IMG/VR virus record: IMGVR_UViG_3300009514_000006 | Span: 61,615 to 125,614 of that record | DNA: 64,000 nucleotides | Strand: one strand, 5' to 3' | Origin: a virus | Part shown: positions 1 to 11,300 of the stretch, piece by piece | Layout of the letters: each line of letters opens with the position of its first letter | Numbering within the stretch: position 1 is the first letter of the stretch | Notes under the pieces: model-generated | What the model saw: only the letters and a program-made list of their open reading frames with translations | Databases searched by the model: none | What the model was told of the DNA's origin: nothing | Program-made: the position numbers and the translations under genes

Positions 1-1104
1 AGAGCCAGTACCGAAAGGTGAATGATTAAGGATAGGTAGACCATACTCAGTTCCCGTAAACACCAAGTTACTAGCAGTCTTGGCTGTGTTTTTATTCAAT
101 TGATTGATGTCTGTTACACCACCAGTGAACTTACTATTTAGGATGTAGTACTCCACACCACTAAGATGTTTCGTCAGCACCTGACCGGGGGTCTCTATGA
201 TAGAAACAGTGCCATTTATGTAAGCAGTAGTGGGATCTGTATCCAAGAAAACTGAAGGCTGGTTAAAGGGCAACACCTGACCGCCATCAGTTGCTGTGTC
301 GGTAATATGTGTGGCCTCTACATGGTACAGACCACCGTCCCTACCTGCGCTGGTCAATATGTTCAGTATCTGTATAGAAACCGACGCCTTCGCTTGGAAC
401 TTATTGACATCAATACCGTAACCCGAGATTGTCACGGTAATGAAACCGCTGGTAGACACAAAAACACCGTTGTTCGTAATAGGAGGCGTAGTAAAACTGT
501 CTAGAACAGCGACTCCGTTAGCGTCATACACCCGCACAACAAAAGTGCTATCGCCGCCAAAACCAGTAGTATTGGCAGGAGTGGTTAGTGTAATAGAAGT
601 GGATCTTGAAGCATCGTGATTAGTAGCCCCTACTGTACCAGCACCGAAGGGATTCCCTTCGGCTACATTAGGCACAGCAATACGAGCGGACACCCGTTCA
701 ACCGGGTCAGTGACTCCTGTGGGCCAGTAAGGTTGGTATGCCGGGGCCGGGTGGTAGATTGTAACCTCAGAGGGACCGGTCTGAATAGCTTCAACCTCAG
801 ATCCTCCTTTGAACACCAGTCTAGAAACATTAGTAAGAACTAATGTGTTATCATTGTCTACAGTTAACGAACCACCGCCCCCGCCACCAATACCAGCTCC
901 TGTAGGAGGGGTGTACCACCGAGCAGTGGGGTTGGCGTCAATAAGCTCTATGATCCTCTGTATTTGGGATCTAAGAGCATTGAAATCAAACTCAGCCGTA
1001 GATATACCAGGACCAGGCTCCATTGTAGGACCCGCCGGAACGGTATCATCGTAAGCAGTGCTATTAAACAGCTGCTTATCTTGGCGTAGCTTGTTGTTGG
1101 CCAA
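1..1104 (-). CDS. Partial virion/fibre-associated protein running off the left edge
   Basis: Manual translation: TTG at 1104 directly after the TAA of the previous gene gives MANNKLRQDKQLFNSTAYDD...GGGGGSLTVDNDN..., beta-rich and Gly/Thr-rich. Missing from the ORF track, presumably because no stop is reached. Confidence 0.65.
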   Translation of the reverse strand, partial: MANNKLRQDKQLFNSTAYDDTVPAGPTMEPGPGISTAEFDFNALRSQIQRIIELIDANPTARWYTPPTGAGIGGGGGGSLTVDNDNTLVLTNVSRLVFKGGSEVEAIQTGPSEVTIYHPAPAYQPYWPTGVTDPVERVSARIAVPNVAEGNPFGAGTVGATNHDASRSTSITLTTPANTTGFGGDSTFVVRVYDANGVAVLDSFTTPPITNNGVFVSTSGFITVTISGYGIDVNKFQAKASVSIQILNILTSAGRDGGLYHVEATHITDTATDGGQVLPFNQPSVFLDTDPTTAYINGTVSIIETPGQVLTKHLSGVEYYILNSKFTGGVTDINQLNKNTAKTASNLVFTGTEYGLPILNHSPFGTGS

Positions 1105-1299
1105 TTATCGTCCTTTACGAGGCCAAACAAGGTGACCGCCCAGGAAACCCAGTATAAAGGCTATAGGAGTTCCGCCCTGGGCAATAACTTCAGTTATTGT
1201 GTCCCCTTCAATACCATTGGAATACGCAATAATATCCCAAATGGTTATGACCGCTACGATACCCAAAAGAACAAAAATGGTAATTTTCCTTGTCGTCAC
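1105..1299 (-). CDS. Small two-TM membrane protein (holin-like)
   Basis: 64 aa, two hydrophobic segments, basic termini. Confidence 0.5.
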   Translation of the reverse strand: MTTRKITIFVLLGIVAVITIWDIIAYSNGIEGDTITEVIAQGGTPIAFILGFLGGHLVWPRKGR

Positions 1300-1892
1300 G
1301 GGGTGGTCTCCTGTCTGATAATGCTGTAATGGCAGGTAAAATACTTGAAGGAGGAGTCTGTGAGATCATCATTAATTATAATCTTCACATAATCATCTGT
1401 GTCGCCCCTTAGTCTTGTAATGCCACCAAAGCTTAGACTACTAGTCAAGATATCGTTCTTACCTTCATGACCATAGGCTAGTCCAGCCACTGGCGTAAGA
1501 CGCACGAAATCCTCAGTCAGTTTATACCGATTAAACTCAGCTGCTATGCCATTGGATTTAATCTCCAAAGCTATGCCATTCACAAGAGGATTTATATAAG
1601 CGAAATGATTACCATCAGTAATAATTTCTTTAGCAACTAAGGTAAACCTAAGTTCAACTATATGCTCATCTATCTCCGGAGAGTCTCCTGGAATAGCGTC
1701 CAACTGAAAAATAACTGGAGTGGAGCTGCCGTCTACTAACAGACTTGTCTGCCCCGGCACGCCCACTTGCTCAAACAGGGCTGTAGTAACAAGAGACAAG
1801 TCTTCAGCTACAGCCTGACCTGACTGTAGCTGTAAAAAGTTCTTGCTATTCCCAGTTATGGTAATGAGCGGTGGAGTAAATACCGTGGTCAT
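1296..1892 (-). CDS. Virion accessory protein, paralogue of 36708..37310 and 44261..44893
   Basis: Shares L.VDG.SP..F, L.NG..(F/L)E, K.TEDF.R and D.V...(I/V).DDL...YFTC motifs with 36708..37310. Confidence 0.65.
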   Translation of the reverse strand: MTTVFTPPLITITGNSKNFLQLQSGQAVAEDLSLVTTALFEQVGVPGQTSLLVDGSSTPVIFQLDAIPGDSPEIDEHIVELRFTLVAKEIITDGNHFAYINPLVNGIALEIKSNGIAAEFNRYKLTEDFVRLTPVAGLAYGHEGKNDILTSSLSFGGITRLRGDTDDYVKIIINDDLTDSSFKYFTCHYSIIRQETTP

Positions 1893-1908
1893 TAATCTTC
1901 CTTATCGA

Positions 1909-3576
1909 TTAAGGAATCAATTTGTGGATATCGTTAATCTGCTCTTGCAATGCGTCATTCTTATGAGACAACTCCTTAACTGCTTCAATCAAAAGAGCTA
2001 CAAGCCGATCATAATACACAGCCATAGTGCCAAGATCGTCTTCTTGCACATGGACCACTTCTGGGATCACCGCCAACACTTCTTGTGCGATGAGCCCTAT
2101 TTCATGTCCATTACTGGTCCGCTCGTCTTTTTGTTCGATCCAGTCATAATATACACCCCTAAGCATCTGAACTTTAGATAGAGCATCTGTCACTGTCTCA
2201 ATATTTGTTTTATGTCTCTGATCTGACGACGTATGGTAGGTTCCGTGGGTACCTGACACATCGCCGTTCGTTGCAATCGAAAAAGTATTGGCACCGAGAG
2301 CCGTGTTTGCGGTGAACTTGAATTTGTCCGAGTCACTGTTATCAATACCCGCAGACCAGCCCTGGACCCCGGCTATCTCGTACTCGACGTAGGGATCACC
2401 ACCACTCGCTCCCCCAACCTGCAGCTGTAGCTGCACATGAGAGACCGCGTTGGTGTTGTCTCCGTGGCGTAGGCGCCAATAATTTTGCTGTCCAGCAGTA
2501 TTATGATGAGCGTCTAATCGAATCCCTGCCGACGGTACTACATTGCCAATACCGATTGCTCCGTCCGCCTGAATACGGAGCCTCTCAACAGGAGATGTTG
2601 TTCCATCTGCCGCTGTAAAAAATGCAATCCTTCCCGGCATGGACGAAGCACTAACTGTCCCTGCTCCGTCTATTCCCATCAACATATATGCAGTGTTGTT
2701 CCAAGTAGTGCCATTGTGCGATCCTTGTACAATAAATTTCATAATATCGTCACCGATTACAGTAGCCGTTGGTGACGAAGACGTACCACGCGCACGGCGA
2801 CACACAAGCTGATTACCTTCGCTAACCGTGGGTCCGTATGTGTCAAACGCTACGGTTGTCTGCACTCCAGTATTTCCGCGAATATGAAAATCTGTTTCAG
2901 GAACAAGACCTACTCCTACCCAACCATTGTTCGCAATACGGAGCCTCTCAAGAGGTGTTAGTGTTCCGTCTGCCGCTGTCCAGAACGTGATCCTTCCGGG
3001 CATAGATGAGGCACTAACTGTCCCTGTGCTGTCTATTCCCATCAACATATATGCAGTGTTGTTCCAAGTAGTGCCATTGTGCGATCCTTGCACAATGAAC
3101 GACATAATATCGTCACCGATTACAGTAGCCGTTGGTGACGAAGACGTACCACGCGCACGACGACATACAAACTGATTACCTTCGCTAGCGGTAGGTCTAT
3201 ATGTATCAAACGCTACGGTTGTCTGCGCTCCAGTGTTTCCGCGAATATGAAGATCTGTTTCAGGAACAAGACCTACTCCTACCCAACCATTGTTCGCTAT
3301 GTGGAGTCTTTCGGCGTTGTTCGTAAGAAAACCTAGATCGTAATTGTCAGTATTACCTAGTGTGCGATCTGCTCCACCGGCCTCACCACCATTTGAAAAG
3401 TCTCCACCACCACCGGCACCAAGAACAGTGTCTGTGCCAACATCGTCAGTAAACACTAGAACATTAGGTGTATCATTTCGCACCCATAGAGTTCCGTCCC
3501 CGGCCGCTGGTGCACCTCCTGGAACAGAGGCTACCTCGTCAAATGCTAGCCCCTCTGATTTAATATTCTTTGCCAT
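1909..3576 (-). CDS. Tail fibre/receptor-binding protein with C-terminal intramolecular chaperone (peptidase S74-type)
   Basis: C-terminal SSDQRHKTNIE...LRGVYYDW...IGLIAQEV...V.YDRLVALLIEAVKEL plus coiled coil; G.VGIG fibre repeats. Confidence 0.85.
   Translation of the reverse strand: MAKNIKSEGLAFDEVASVPGGAPAAGDGTLWVRNDTPNVLVFTDDVGTDTVLGAGGGGDFSNGGEAGGADRTLGNTDNYDLGFLTNNAERLHIANNGWVGVGLVPETDLHIRGNTGAQTTVAFDTYRPTASEGNQFVCRRARGTSSSPTATVIGDDIMSFIVQGSHNGTTWNNTAYMLMGIDSTGTVSASSMPGRITFWTAADGTLTPLERLRIANNGWVGVGLVPETDFHIRGNTGVQTTVAFDTYGPTVSEGNQLVCRRARGTSSSPTATVIGDDIMKFIVQGSHNGTTWNNTAYMLMGIDGAGTVSASSMPGRIAFFTAADGTTSPVERLRIQADGAIGIGNVVPSAGIRLDAHHNTAGQQNYWRLRHGDNTNAVSHVQLQLQVGGASGGDPYVEYEIAGVQGWSAGIDNSDSDKFKFTANTALGANTFSIATNGDVSGTHGTYHTSSDQRHKTNIETVTDALSKVQMLRGVYYDWIEQKDERTSNGHEIGLIAQEVLAVIPEVVHVQEDDLGTMAVYYDRLVALLIEAVKELSHKNDALQEQINDIHKLIP
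2578..3300. repeat. 363-bp (121 aa) tandem internal duplication in the fibre gene
   Basis: gagcctctc starts at 2578 and 2941; the two copies are highly similar with synonymous and non-synonymous differences. Confidence 0.95.
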
Positions 3577-3585
3577 AAATTCCTC

Positions 3586-6500
3586 TTACGGTAAAAACGT
3601 AGCACTCTCTACGAAACGAATAAAATCACACCTCATAATCATGGACCCAGGAGAAGCTGTGGAGGTGTTCTGGAAGTCAATGCCTACAGCATCCATTGCT
3701 CCAGCATGCGTGTCTGACCCTAGATAAGCCCAGGACCCCTCGCTGGTAGCGACCCAACCATGATACGTAGTGCCTATTTTTTGAATACCAACATACCCAG
3801 GGAGCCCCGCTAAGGCAGCCCCACCAGCACCAGCCGTGTCGTCCATACGGGCCGAGGTACCTATAGTTGTAGGACTTCCCGATACTATCTTACGAAATTC
3901 GATACGGACATCACTACTGGAATCCTGTAGCAGTCTAATCTCCACCGTGTCTGTGGCGGAGAAGCCTCCTCCGGATTTGACAAAAAAGCGCAGCGACACA
4001 GTTGAGTCCCCACTTACAGGGGAACCAGAGCGCCAGCTAAAACCTATCCTAGACCAAATGAATAGATCAGTAGGTATTGTAAGGCTCTTAAAAATGCCAT
4101 GAGTACCAGTAATTCCTGGTTGGACAAACAACCATGAACTACCAGCATCACTTCCTCTGTGTCTGATCTGGGCTCTTGCTGTGTTTGCTGTAACTACAGT
4201 GTAAGGATCAGGCTTAGCACTAAAATCAAGTGCGGCTGTAAATCCTGTTTGTTCCCAAATAGAATCTAAGCTGGTAGATCTGAACTCCTCATCGTCAGCA
4301 TTGACTATAAGGGGATAACCCCAAAGATCATCTGCTGAAATTCCTGTTTGCTGAAAATCAGATAGAGTAAAGTCAATGGTATCTCCGCTGGTTAGCGGAG
4401 CTGAGAGTATCACCCTTAAAGTGGTTGTGGTTCTGTCCGACCCCGCTACCTCCGGACAGGTAAGAGCAACCAAACTACCAGAAACAGTTCCTAAGGACGC
4501 CTCTACTATATAAGAGTCATCGGGCATTGCCGATGGTATCGTTATAGTAAAGTCAGTAAGAGTGGCCGTAAAGTCGGTACCCGCAACCCTACTAAAGCTC
4601 TTAGTAGAAATAGAGTTTTCTACAGCAGAAGTAACGCTGTCCTTCACCAAGAAATCTATTTGATCACCAGATGTTAAAGCAGCAGATGTGATCACTCTAA
4701 AAGTAGTAGTTGTCCGATCTCCCGGATCCGAATCCGGGAAATTCATAAAGACTAAGTCAGCTACCCCGGCGAGGGTTCCAGTAACGGTATAGGAATCATC
4801 CCCCATAGCAGAGGGCAATGTTACCGTGAAATCACTCCCAGTACCCCCAGACGCCGTGAATCTAAACCGTTGGGTTAGTACTCCTCCAAATGTAGAGCTT
4901 TGATCTTCCCCAATAACAAAATCAATCTGATCACCCGAAACAAGAGGAGCCGAAGTAACCACTCTAAAGGAGCTGGTGCTTCTATCGGACCCAGCAGAAT
5001 CCGGACAGCTCACACTAAAGGTACTATTACCAGAGGGAGTGGCTACTACGACATACGAATCATCATCCTGTGCCTCGGGTAGAAACACCGTAAAATCACT
5101 ACCTTCGCCACCCGTAGCAACATACCTGACTCTTTGGACAACCACATTTGAAGTAGCACCTCCAGTGGCTGTTACCGAAATGGTCAGAGTTTCGTCTCCT
5201 CCGTCATTTCCCTCGGTTAGAGTTATGTCAGTCCCTGCGATAAGCTTGCCATTTAGGTAGCCGCTAGTAGTATCGTTGGACGACACAAGGGAATACTTAC
5301 CTAGATTTAGGTTAGTGCCAGTATTTATTGCGTGCGTTAGCGTGCCATTAACAGCTACGTATAATTGCTCTGTACCTAGGGCTGCAGTGGCGCCTATGAC
5401 AGTCTGTCCGTACCCATCAAGAACCGTGATACCATTACTTTGTGTATTGTACAAATGGAGGGCTGTTGACGACTGAGACTGGACTATACCGCCAATAGTG
5501 GCCCCTCCTTGAAACACTAGCTGGGACTGCACATACACTACAGTATCTGCGCCGCCAGGAGCAGCAAACTTAGCATTATACACAGTCGCATCAAAACCAA
5601 ATGATGGGGATATGTTACCTATGCCTACTTTGCCAGTAGAGTCAATCGTAAACCTAACTGTTCCGCTAGCGGTGTCATCAATTATGTTGAAATTACCCAC
5701 ACCTATGCCGGAACCAGTACCACTTGATCCAAGTGAGTAAACTCGGCCACCAGCAGTATTGTTAGTAATTTTGAAGAGTGTGTCGGTAGCAGGACTTTCA
5801 ATGTGCAGAGGGCGAACACCCTTGGCAGTTGTGTCCCCAAGAACATGAAGAAATGTGTCTGGAGTAGACTGGCCTATGCCGACCTCACCAGTCGGATATA
5901 TCCACATCCTTGTAGAGAAACCTGGCTGGAGCTTAATCTCTTGCCCTGCTGGCGCCGAATATCCACCCGACCTAGCAATAAAGTTATTCGCATCAAGATC
6001 CACGTATCCGCTGTTAGAAAAATTGCGAGCACGTATAATAGCAACATCATTAGTAAATGAAGCACTAGTACCCAGCAACAGCTGCGTTCCACTAACCGTT
6101 ACATTACCTCCAAACACAGATGCAGCTGATCCCGTTGTCTCAATAGCCAAACCACTCCCATTATGCGCCACAGTAAGACCAGATCCGCTAGAATTGGCCC
6201 CTATTGTAAGGGATATACCTACAGCAGCCGCAGCCGATCCCGGTTCTCTAGTAACACTCAACGCAGAAGTAGTATCGGCAGTATCGGCATCAAGTACTAC
6301 TGCTCCTGAATCTACAGTTATGGTCCTGCCAGACCCACTACCTCCAGAACCATCATAAGCTTCATCTAAATTTGATGCTGCACCGGCCCCTGCTGGGGTC
6401 TCCCACGTTGCCAAACCAGTGGCATCTGAAGTCAATACCTTGCCCGATCCGGGAGAACCTCCTACAATTTTGACTTGACCATCGACATGTAGCTTGGCGT

Positions 6501-7446
6501 CAATAGTACCAGTAGTAAAGGCACCGACGCCAACATCACCATTCTCATCTATAACTAATCGGTCGTTGCCAGAGGACAGATCCCGCACACGAAAACCCAC
6601 CTGCATAACAGGAGAGCCTCCTCCAGAGGCGTCTGAAATGATCTGCCAAGCTCGCCCGCCCTGGATCCGCATAAAGGCAGCTTGGGTGGCTACAGTTTCT
6701 ATGCTAGACCCTACATCCGCAGAGTCAGATCCAATAGTTAACTTAACTCCAGTATCCCAACTCTGCTTGCTGATCCCTACGTTGCCGCCAAAATAGCTAT
6801 TGTTACTAACAGCATAGAAGGCCCAGTTATTAGCGGCCCCTGATAATGGGCTTGCCAAAAACCCAAACTGATACTGCACGGTCATGGAGCCTAAATTAGT
6901 TCCATCCTCGGCTCTAAAAGCAGATGAATACAGGACATCACCAGAGGCCGACCCGTTGATATCAAAGGCTCTAGCACCAAAGCCCGTTAGGGACATGGTT
7001 GTGCTGGCCCAGTTACCTATGTTGTCGCTATCTATAGTAACCGTCGAATAGGCCCCAACATTAACAGTTGAGGTATTGGGGGTTCCTGTAGTATTGGTGA
7101 TTACGTTCCCTAAAAACGAGCCTCTAACATTTGGAGCGCTCGGGTTCGTATTTTTAGGAGCGACAACTAAGTCGCCAAGAGAAAAAGAACCGATAGAGGG
7201 ATGGGTGCCAATCTGGGCAGTTCCTCTGTGTACCAGGACACCCACATCATCTATCGATAGCCGTGCTGTCCCTGCTGTACTAATAGAAAAGGTATCAGCC
7301 GCAGACAGAAAAAAACCCGTACCGGGACTAGTAAGAAAACCATGAGGAGCAGACGCAGAACCCGCAGGAAGAGCAATGGAGTCCCCTGCAGGGACCTGTG
7401 CTACTTGTCCTTCATCATTTAATACTATTACCCTACGGGCTGTCAT
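3586..7446 (-). CDS. Long fibre protein (1286 aa) with three tandem ~85-aa domains and a distal beta-sandwich
   Basis: G.VGIG repeats, GKVLTSDATGLATWE motif, 3x (DFT..LP.A..DDSY.V...DR.T..FRV..SA.L.SGD.IDF). Confidence 0.8.
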   Translation of the reverse strand: MTARRVIVLNDEGQVAQVPAGDSIALPAGSASAPHGFLTSPGTGFFLSAADTFSISTAGTARLSIDDVGVLVHRGTAQIGTHPSIGSFSLGDLVVAPKNTNPSAPNVRGSFLGNVITNTTGTPNTSTVNVGAYSTVTIDSDNIGNWASTTMSLTGFGARAFDINGSASGDVLYSSAFRAEDGTNLGSMTVQYQFGFLASPLSGAANNWAFYAVSNNSYFGGNVGISKQSWDTGVKLTIGSDSADVGSSIETVATQAAFMRIQGGRAWQIISDASGGGSPVMQVGFRVRDLSSGNDRLVIDENGDVGVGAFTTGTIDAKLHVDGQVKIVGGSPGSGKVLTSDATGLATWETPAGAGAASNLDEAYDGSGGSGSGRTITVDSGAVVLDADTADTTSALSVTREPGSAAAAVGISLTIGANSSGSGLTVAHNGSGLAIETTGSAASVFGGNVTVSGTQLLLGTSASFTNDVAIIRARNFSNSGYVDLDANNFIARSGGYSAPAGQEIKLQPGFSTRMWIYPTGEVGIGQSTPDTFLHVLGDTTAKGVRPLHIESPATDTLFKITNNTAGGRVYSLGSSGTGSGIGVGNFNIIDDTASGTVRFTIDSTGKVGIGNISPSFGFDATVYNAKFAAPGGADTVVYVQSQLVFQGGATIGGIVQSQSSTALHLYNTQSNGITVLDGYGQTVIGATAALGTEQLYVAVNGTLTHAINTGTNLNLGKYSLVSSNDTTSGYLNGKLIAGTDITLTEGNDGGDETLTISVTATGGATSNVVVQRVRYVATGGEGSDFTVFLPEAQDDDSYVVVATPSGNSTFSVSCPDSAGSDRSTSSFRVVTSAPLVSGDQIDFVIGEDQSSTFGGVLTQRFRFTASGGTGSDFTVTLPSAMGDDSYTVTGTLAGVADLVFMNFPDSDPGDRTTTTFRVITSAALTSGDQIDFLVKDSVTSAVENSISTKSFSRVAGTDFTATLTDFTITIPSAMPDDSYIVEASLGTVSGSLVALTCPEVAGSDRTTTTLRVILSAPLTSGDTIDFTLSDFQQTGISADDLWGYPLIVNADDEEFRSTSLDSIWEQTGFTAALDFSAKPDPYTVVTANTARAQIRHRGSDAGSSWLFVQPGITGTHGIFKSLTIPTDLFIWSRIGFSWRSGSPVSGDSTVSLRFFVKSGGGFSATDTVEIRLLQDSSSDVRIEFRKIVSGSPTTIGTSARMDDTAGAGGAALAGLPGYVGIQKIGTTYHGWVATSEGSWAYLGSDTHAGAMDAVGIDFQNTSTASPGSMIMRCDFIRFVESATFLP

Positions 7447-7451
7447 CTCAC

Positions 7452-7784
7452 CTACTTAGTTGCTTCACGGTCAACAACAGTCCCATCTGGGTTAATTTGC
7501 TTTTCTTTGAGGTTAATGTTGTACTTATTCTGTATCGCCCCAAAAAAGTTAGATTGATTATTCCTTAAAATTGTCTCCTCAGCATTCAAAGCGCGCTCAG
7601 CCTGAGACAAGGCGGCTCGTTCCGCAGCAACCCGCCTGCCCTCAGAAGAGAACAGGTCAATACGAAGCATCTCCTCTTCGGTTAGGCGCAGTTCTTTGGT
7701 CTTTGCCGGGATATCAATTACAGTATTATCCTTAGATTCCATAGTCTTACCATTGCTCCTTTTACTCTTCTTTTCAGTTGACAT
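7452..7784 (-). CDS. Coiled-coil hypothetical protein
   Basis: 110 aa, heptad pattern, architecture similar to 7788..8156. Confidence 0.6.
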   Translation of the reverse strand: MSTEKKSKRSNGKTMESKDNTVIDIPAKTKELRLTEEEMLRIDLFSSEGRRVAAERAALSQAERALNAEETILRNNQSNFFGAIQNKYNINLKEKQINPDGTVVDREATK

Positions 7785-7787
7785 GAC

Positions 7788-8156
7788 TCAGCTTTCTTTC
7801 TTTGTAAACACACCTTCTGCAATGTTAAAATCCCACTTACCCTTAGAGGGATCATCCACATCAATACCCTTTTCTGCTGCGTACACGCCTACTTTATTGC
7901 GCATGGCACTTTCCAAGTCAAGCATCTGCTGGGTAAGCTTGACTCTGTGCAGCTGCAGAAGTGCCTCTCTCCGGGATAACAGAGCTATCTCCTTATCCAT
8001 GCTATTGAGGTTGGTCTGCATCTCCTGAATCTCGGACTTCTGCTCCTCTGTAATGGATACCGAGGAAGCCTTTTCTACCGGCTCAGGGGTCTTGCTTTTA
8101 ACGGGAAGTGGCTTTTTGCCTGTTTTGCTCTTATTCTTTGCCATATAAAACTCCAT
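7788..8156 (-). CDS. Coiled-coil hypothetical protein
   Basis: 122 aa, basic N-terminus, heptad pattern, own upstream promoter. Confidence 0.6.
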   Translation of the reverse strand: MEFYMAKNKSKTGKKPLPVKSKTPEPVEKASSVSITEEQKSEIQEMQTNLNSMDKEIALLSRREALLQLHRVKLTQQMLDLESAMRNKVGVYAAEKGIDVDDPSKGKWDFNIAEGVFTKKES

Positions 8157-8195
8157 ATACTAATAAACTCAATGAGTTACAGGTCACAGGGCTCT

Positions 8196-8224
8196 ATTAT
8201 CTCCCAAATTAGTCATATTTTCAA
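8196..8224 (-). promoter_or_regulatory. Sigma70-type promoter TTGAAA-N17-GATAAT
   Basis: Counted spacing of 17; upstream of 8156 start. Confidence 0.6.
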
Positions 8225-8246
8225 GCATTAACGGCTCAATGAAACA

Positions 8247-8268
8247 GGGAGCGGGTTTCCCCGCTCCC
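8247..8268 (-). terminator. Hairpin terminator after the 1502-aa gene
   Basis: Perfect 9-bp stem gggagcggg/cccgctccc, GAAA loop on minus strand; U-tract weak. Confidence 0.65.
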
Positions 8269-8303
8269 ATCACTTTACATGTTATCTACACAAAGGTTAG
8301 GCA

Positions 8304-11300
8304 TTACGCAAGCTCAACACCTTCACCGATTTGGATTAGCATCTTGGGGGACGCGCTTCCGTCAGTCAAAATACCCACTCGTGTAACACGCACACCAGAG
8401 GCAACAGGCGGGGTGAACGTATATTCACCATTAGTTGTGTTACTAACATATACACGTTTACCTACATCAGCTGCCGTAGGAGCGGAATCGAACAAAGACA
8501 CATCCAGGGACACCTCACCCGACACCACAATTATGGCCGGATCTGAGGCAGAGTAGGCAGCCTTTGCGACACCTACAGGTTGTTCCCGCTCTCCGCCTTC
8601 ATCTGGGTCCGCCAAGAAGGCTTTAGGCGAACCTCCATCATTATCCATAGCTACCAGGGCTCCAGCAACCATAGTCTCTCCAGCTACGGTAGAGAAAGTG
8701 ACTTCAAAACCAGCGTTCTCCCAAGTAGCAACGCCAGTCGCATCCGAGGTCAGAACCTTACCCGCTCCCGGAGTACCTGTGTTAGGCAGCTCCAAAGTAC
8801 CACCGAGGTAGGTTCGACCACCCACTACATGAATAGCATCAGCAATCGTACCGGTCGGAGTGTTCACATAGATACCATAGTTATTAGTAGCAGCAGTCAA
8901 GTCGCCTACATAAAAGCCATATTGGTTGGTAAGAGTAACCGATCCAGAGTTAACAAAGTTAGCAGCATAGAAATCCGCAGAACCAGTAATAGCACCAGTA
9001 GAACCAGATTCTGCGCCACCACTAGATTGGACACCACGAATACCGACAGCACCAGTCCAAGCTTGGGTATTGGAGGCACTAACAAGTGACTCCGCTCTAA
9101 CACCAAATTGCTGCCCAGCATAAGCACCTGAAGTATGACCCACTACCGGACCAAAGTAACCACCTTCAGTACTACTAACGTCATCCGAAAACTTATGATA
9201 GTTATAGTTAATAGCCTGGTCAAAAACGAGACCATCACCCAATGAGAAACCAGCAAGATTTCCTGTGGTTCTACGCCCCTTTACGCGCAGGTTACCGTCA
9301 GTTTGGGCAGGTCCATTTTTAACATGAAGAGGGATACTATTAGTGACAACAACGCGATCGGTGCTTGAGGTTTGCAGGGTGATGTCACCAGCGGCATCAA
9401 CGATTACATCCTCAGCCGAATTAAAGTCTAGGTCACCTGAGGTGATTGTCTCGACAGTTAGAGTAGCCCCGTTTACCGACAAGTTAGAAGCACCAGTACC
9501 ATCAATAGAGATTGATCCACCGTCGATAAGAACATTACCAGCAGAGTTTATATCTACGTCGCCCGAAGTAAGGGTCTCTAAAGACAAATTACCAGAAGTT
9601 ACACTAACATTGGAAGCTCCCGTTGAGTCCAACGACATAGAGCTACTAGACAGCATGTCAAAAGTGCCGGTAACGTCAACATCCAAATTTGCACCAGCAT
9701 TGACATCCATCAAGCCGCCACTAGTAAGGGTGATTACATCAGAGGTTACGGTACCGATGTTAATATCCCCAACCGTACCACCAACAGTGGTACCAGCTTG
9801 AATCGATACGTTACCACCATCACCGGTACCCGTAGTGGCTGCGCCACCAGTGAGAATCAGGGCACCACCAGCTCCGGTACCTACACCACCACCAGCAGCA
9901 ACCGTAAGGGCACCACCAGCAGTGTCAGCAGTAGTAGAGTCAGCAACATCAATACGATGAGCAAGTTCTTTAGCGAATACCTGATCCGCAAGGAGTTGGA
10001 ATTCGGTAGGAGTAACATTAAGGATATCAGTACCGTCGTCCTTCTCAATTCGGAACAAGTCACCAACCGGAGTCGCGTTATCTTGAACAACAATAGCGCC
10101 ATCAGTGGCGTTCAACTCGAAGTGAACACCAGCTGTGTTACCAGTATCGGGGCCATTGGTATAGGCATCTTGCAGAGTAAAGTTGCCACCAGAAATAGCT
10201 GCATCAAGTTGCTCAAGGGCTTCCTGGACACTTCGATCGGTAAGAGAGATATTGTTCAAAGCCGAAGTATCAACACCGATTGCATCAGCACCGACAGTAG
10301 CATTAGAAGTAGAGTTGTCGCTCAACTTTACAGCAGTACCAGTAGGCGAACCAGTAACGATACCTTGTTGGTAGACGTCGATAGCGATAGCAGCTGCTCT
10401 ACCGAAGGTCAGAGTACCCGATGAAGTACCACCAATCGACAGGGCACTTGCGCCAGTGGCGTCAAGGGCAAAGGCCCCATCCGTAGTAAACGAAGTCAGA
10501 TTCTGAGTGAGGGTCTGATCCCAGCCGGCTCCCGTGTACAGGTAGATAGAGTTACCGGTCTCATCATAAACTAGATGACCTTCGCCTGAGGGCGTGCTCG
10601 TGGGGGCACCGCTAACACCAGTAACCTTAAATAGGTCAGTAGATCCAGTACCTTGTGCCGACTGCATATAGATACTGCCCGTAACCGCGTTACGAGCGGA
10701 GTTACCCGCCAGCAACATGTACTGGGTGTGATCGTCGTTTCCAAGTCCCGAAAGGTTACCGTGAACACTAGCCGAGGCAGCCGTGAACACATCCGTAAAC
10801 ACAGACTGTACCTGAGTGGCCGTGCTCGCACCATTTTGGAATATGATTCGACCAATCAATTTAGTCAGAATCGTCTGATGGGTAGCGATAGTTGCAGGAG
10901 CATCGGCGGCTTCAGCAGCCGCAGCACTAGGATACTCGGCTTGACCATAGTGCATGTACAAATCACCGTCAGGGTCAAGATAGAACCAAAGGTTACTATA
11001 AAAACCGGCGGTCATAGCCACTAGACCAGTAGCGATGTCGTTGTACTGGGTATTTGGCCATTGGGTCACGTCTGCAGTGGTCCAGGTCGAGCCGCTGTCT
11101 GCGGTGTAGTAGGTCCTAAAAGTTCCCGACACACTAGTATCAATAGCGCTAATCGAAAAGCGGTTCAACCGATCCCACAAAGCACCAGCAGACACCGTTA
11201 CGTTGCGCGTACCAGTCTCGCCAAGAATAAGACCACCGCTACGATTGTCACGAGTAAAGGGCATAGTCTCATATGCCCTACGAATCATGAAACCAGCGTG

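Noticed and set aside
1-1104. Apparent ORF gap suggesting stop-codon reassignment
   Set aside because: A minus-strand frame opens at TTG 1104 and appears simply to run off the edge; other genes translate cleanly with the standard code
2578-3300. DGR TR/VR pair in the fibre gene
   Set aside because: Both copies are in frame and differences involve all four bases, including synonymous sites
7452-8156. Tail assembly chaperone pair with programmed frameshift
   Set aside because: No convincing slippery heptamer near the first stop and no adjacent tape measure gene
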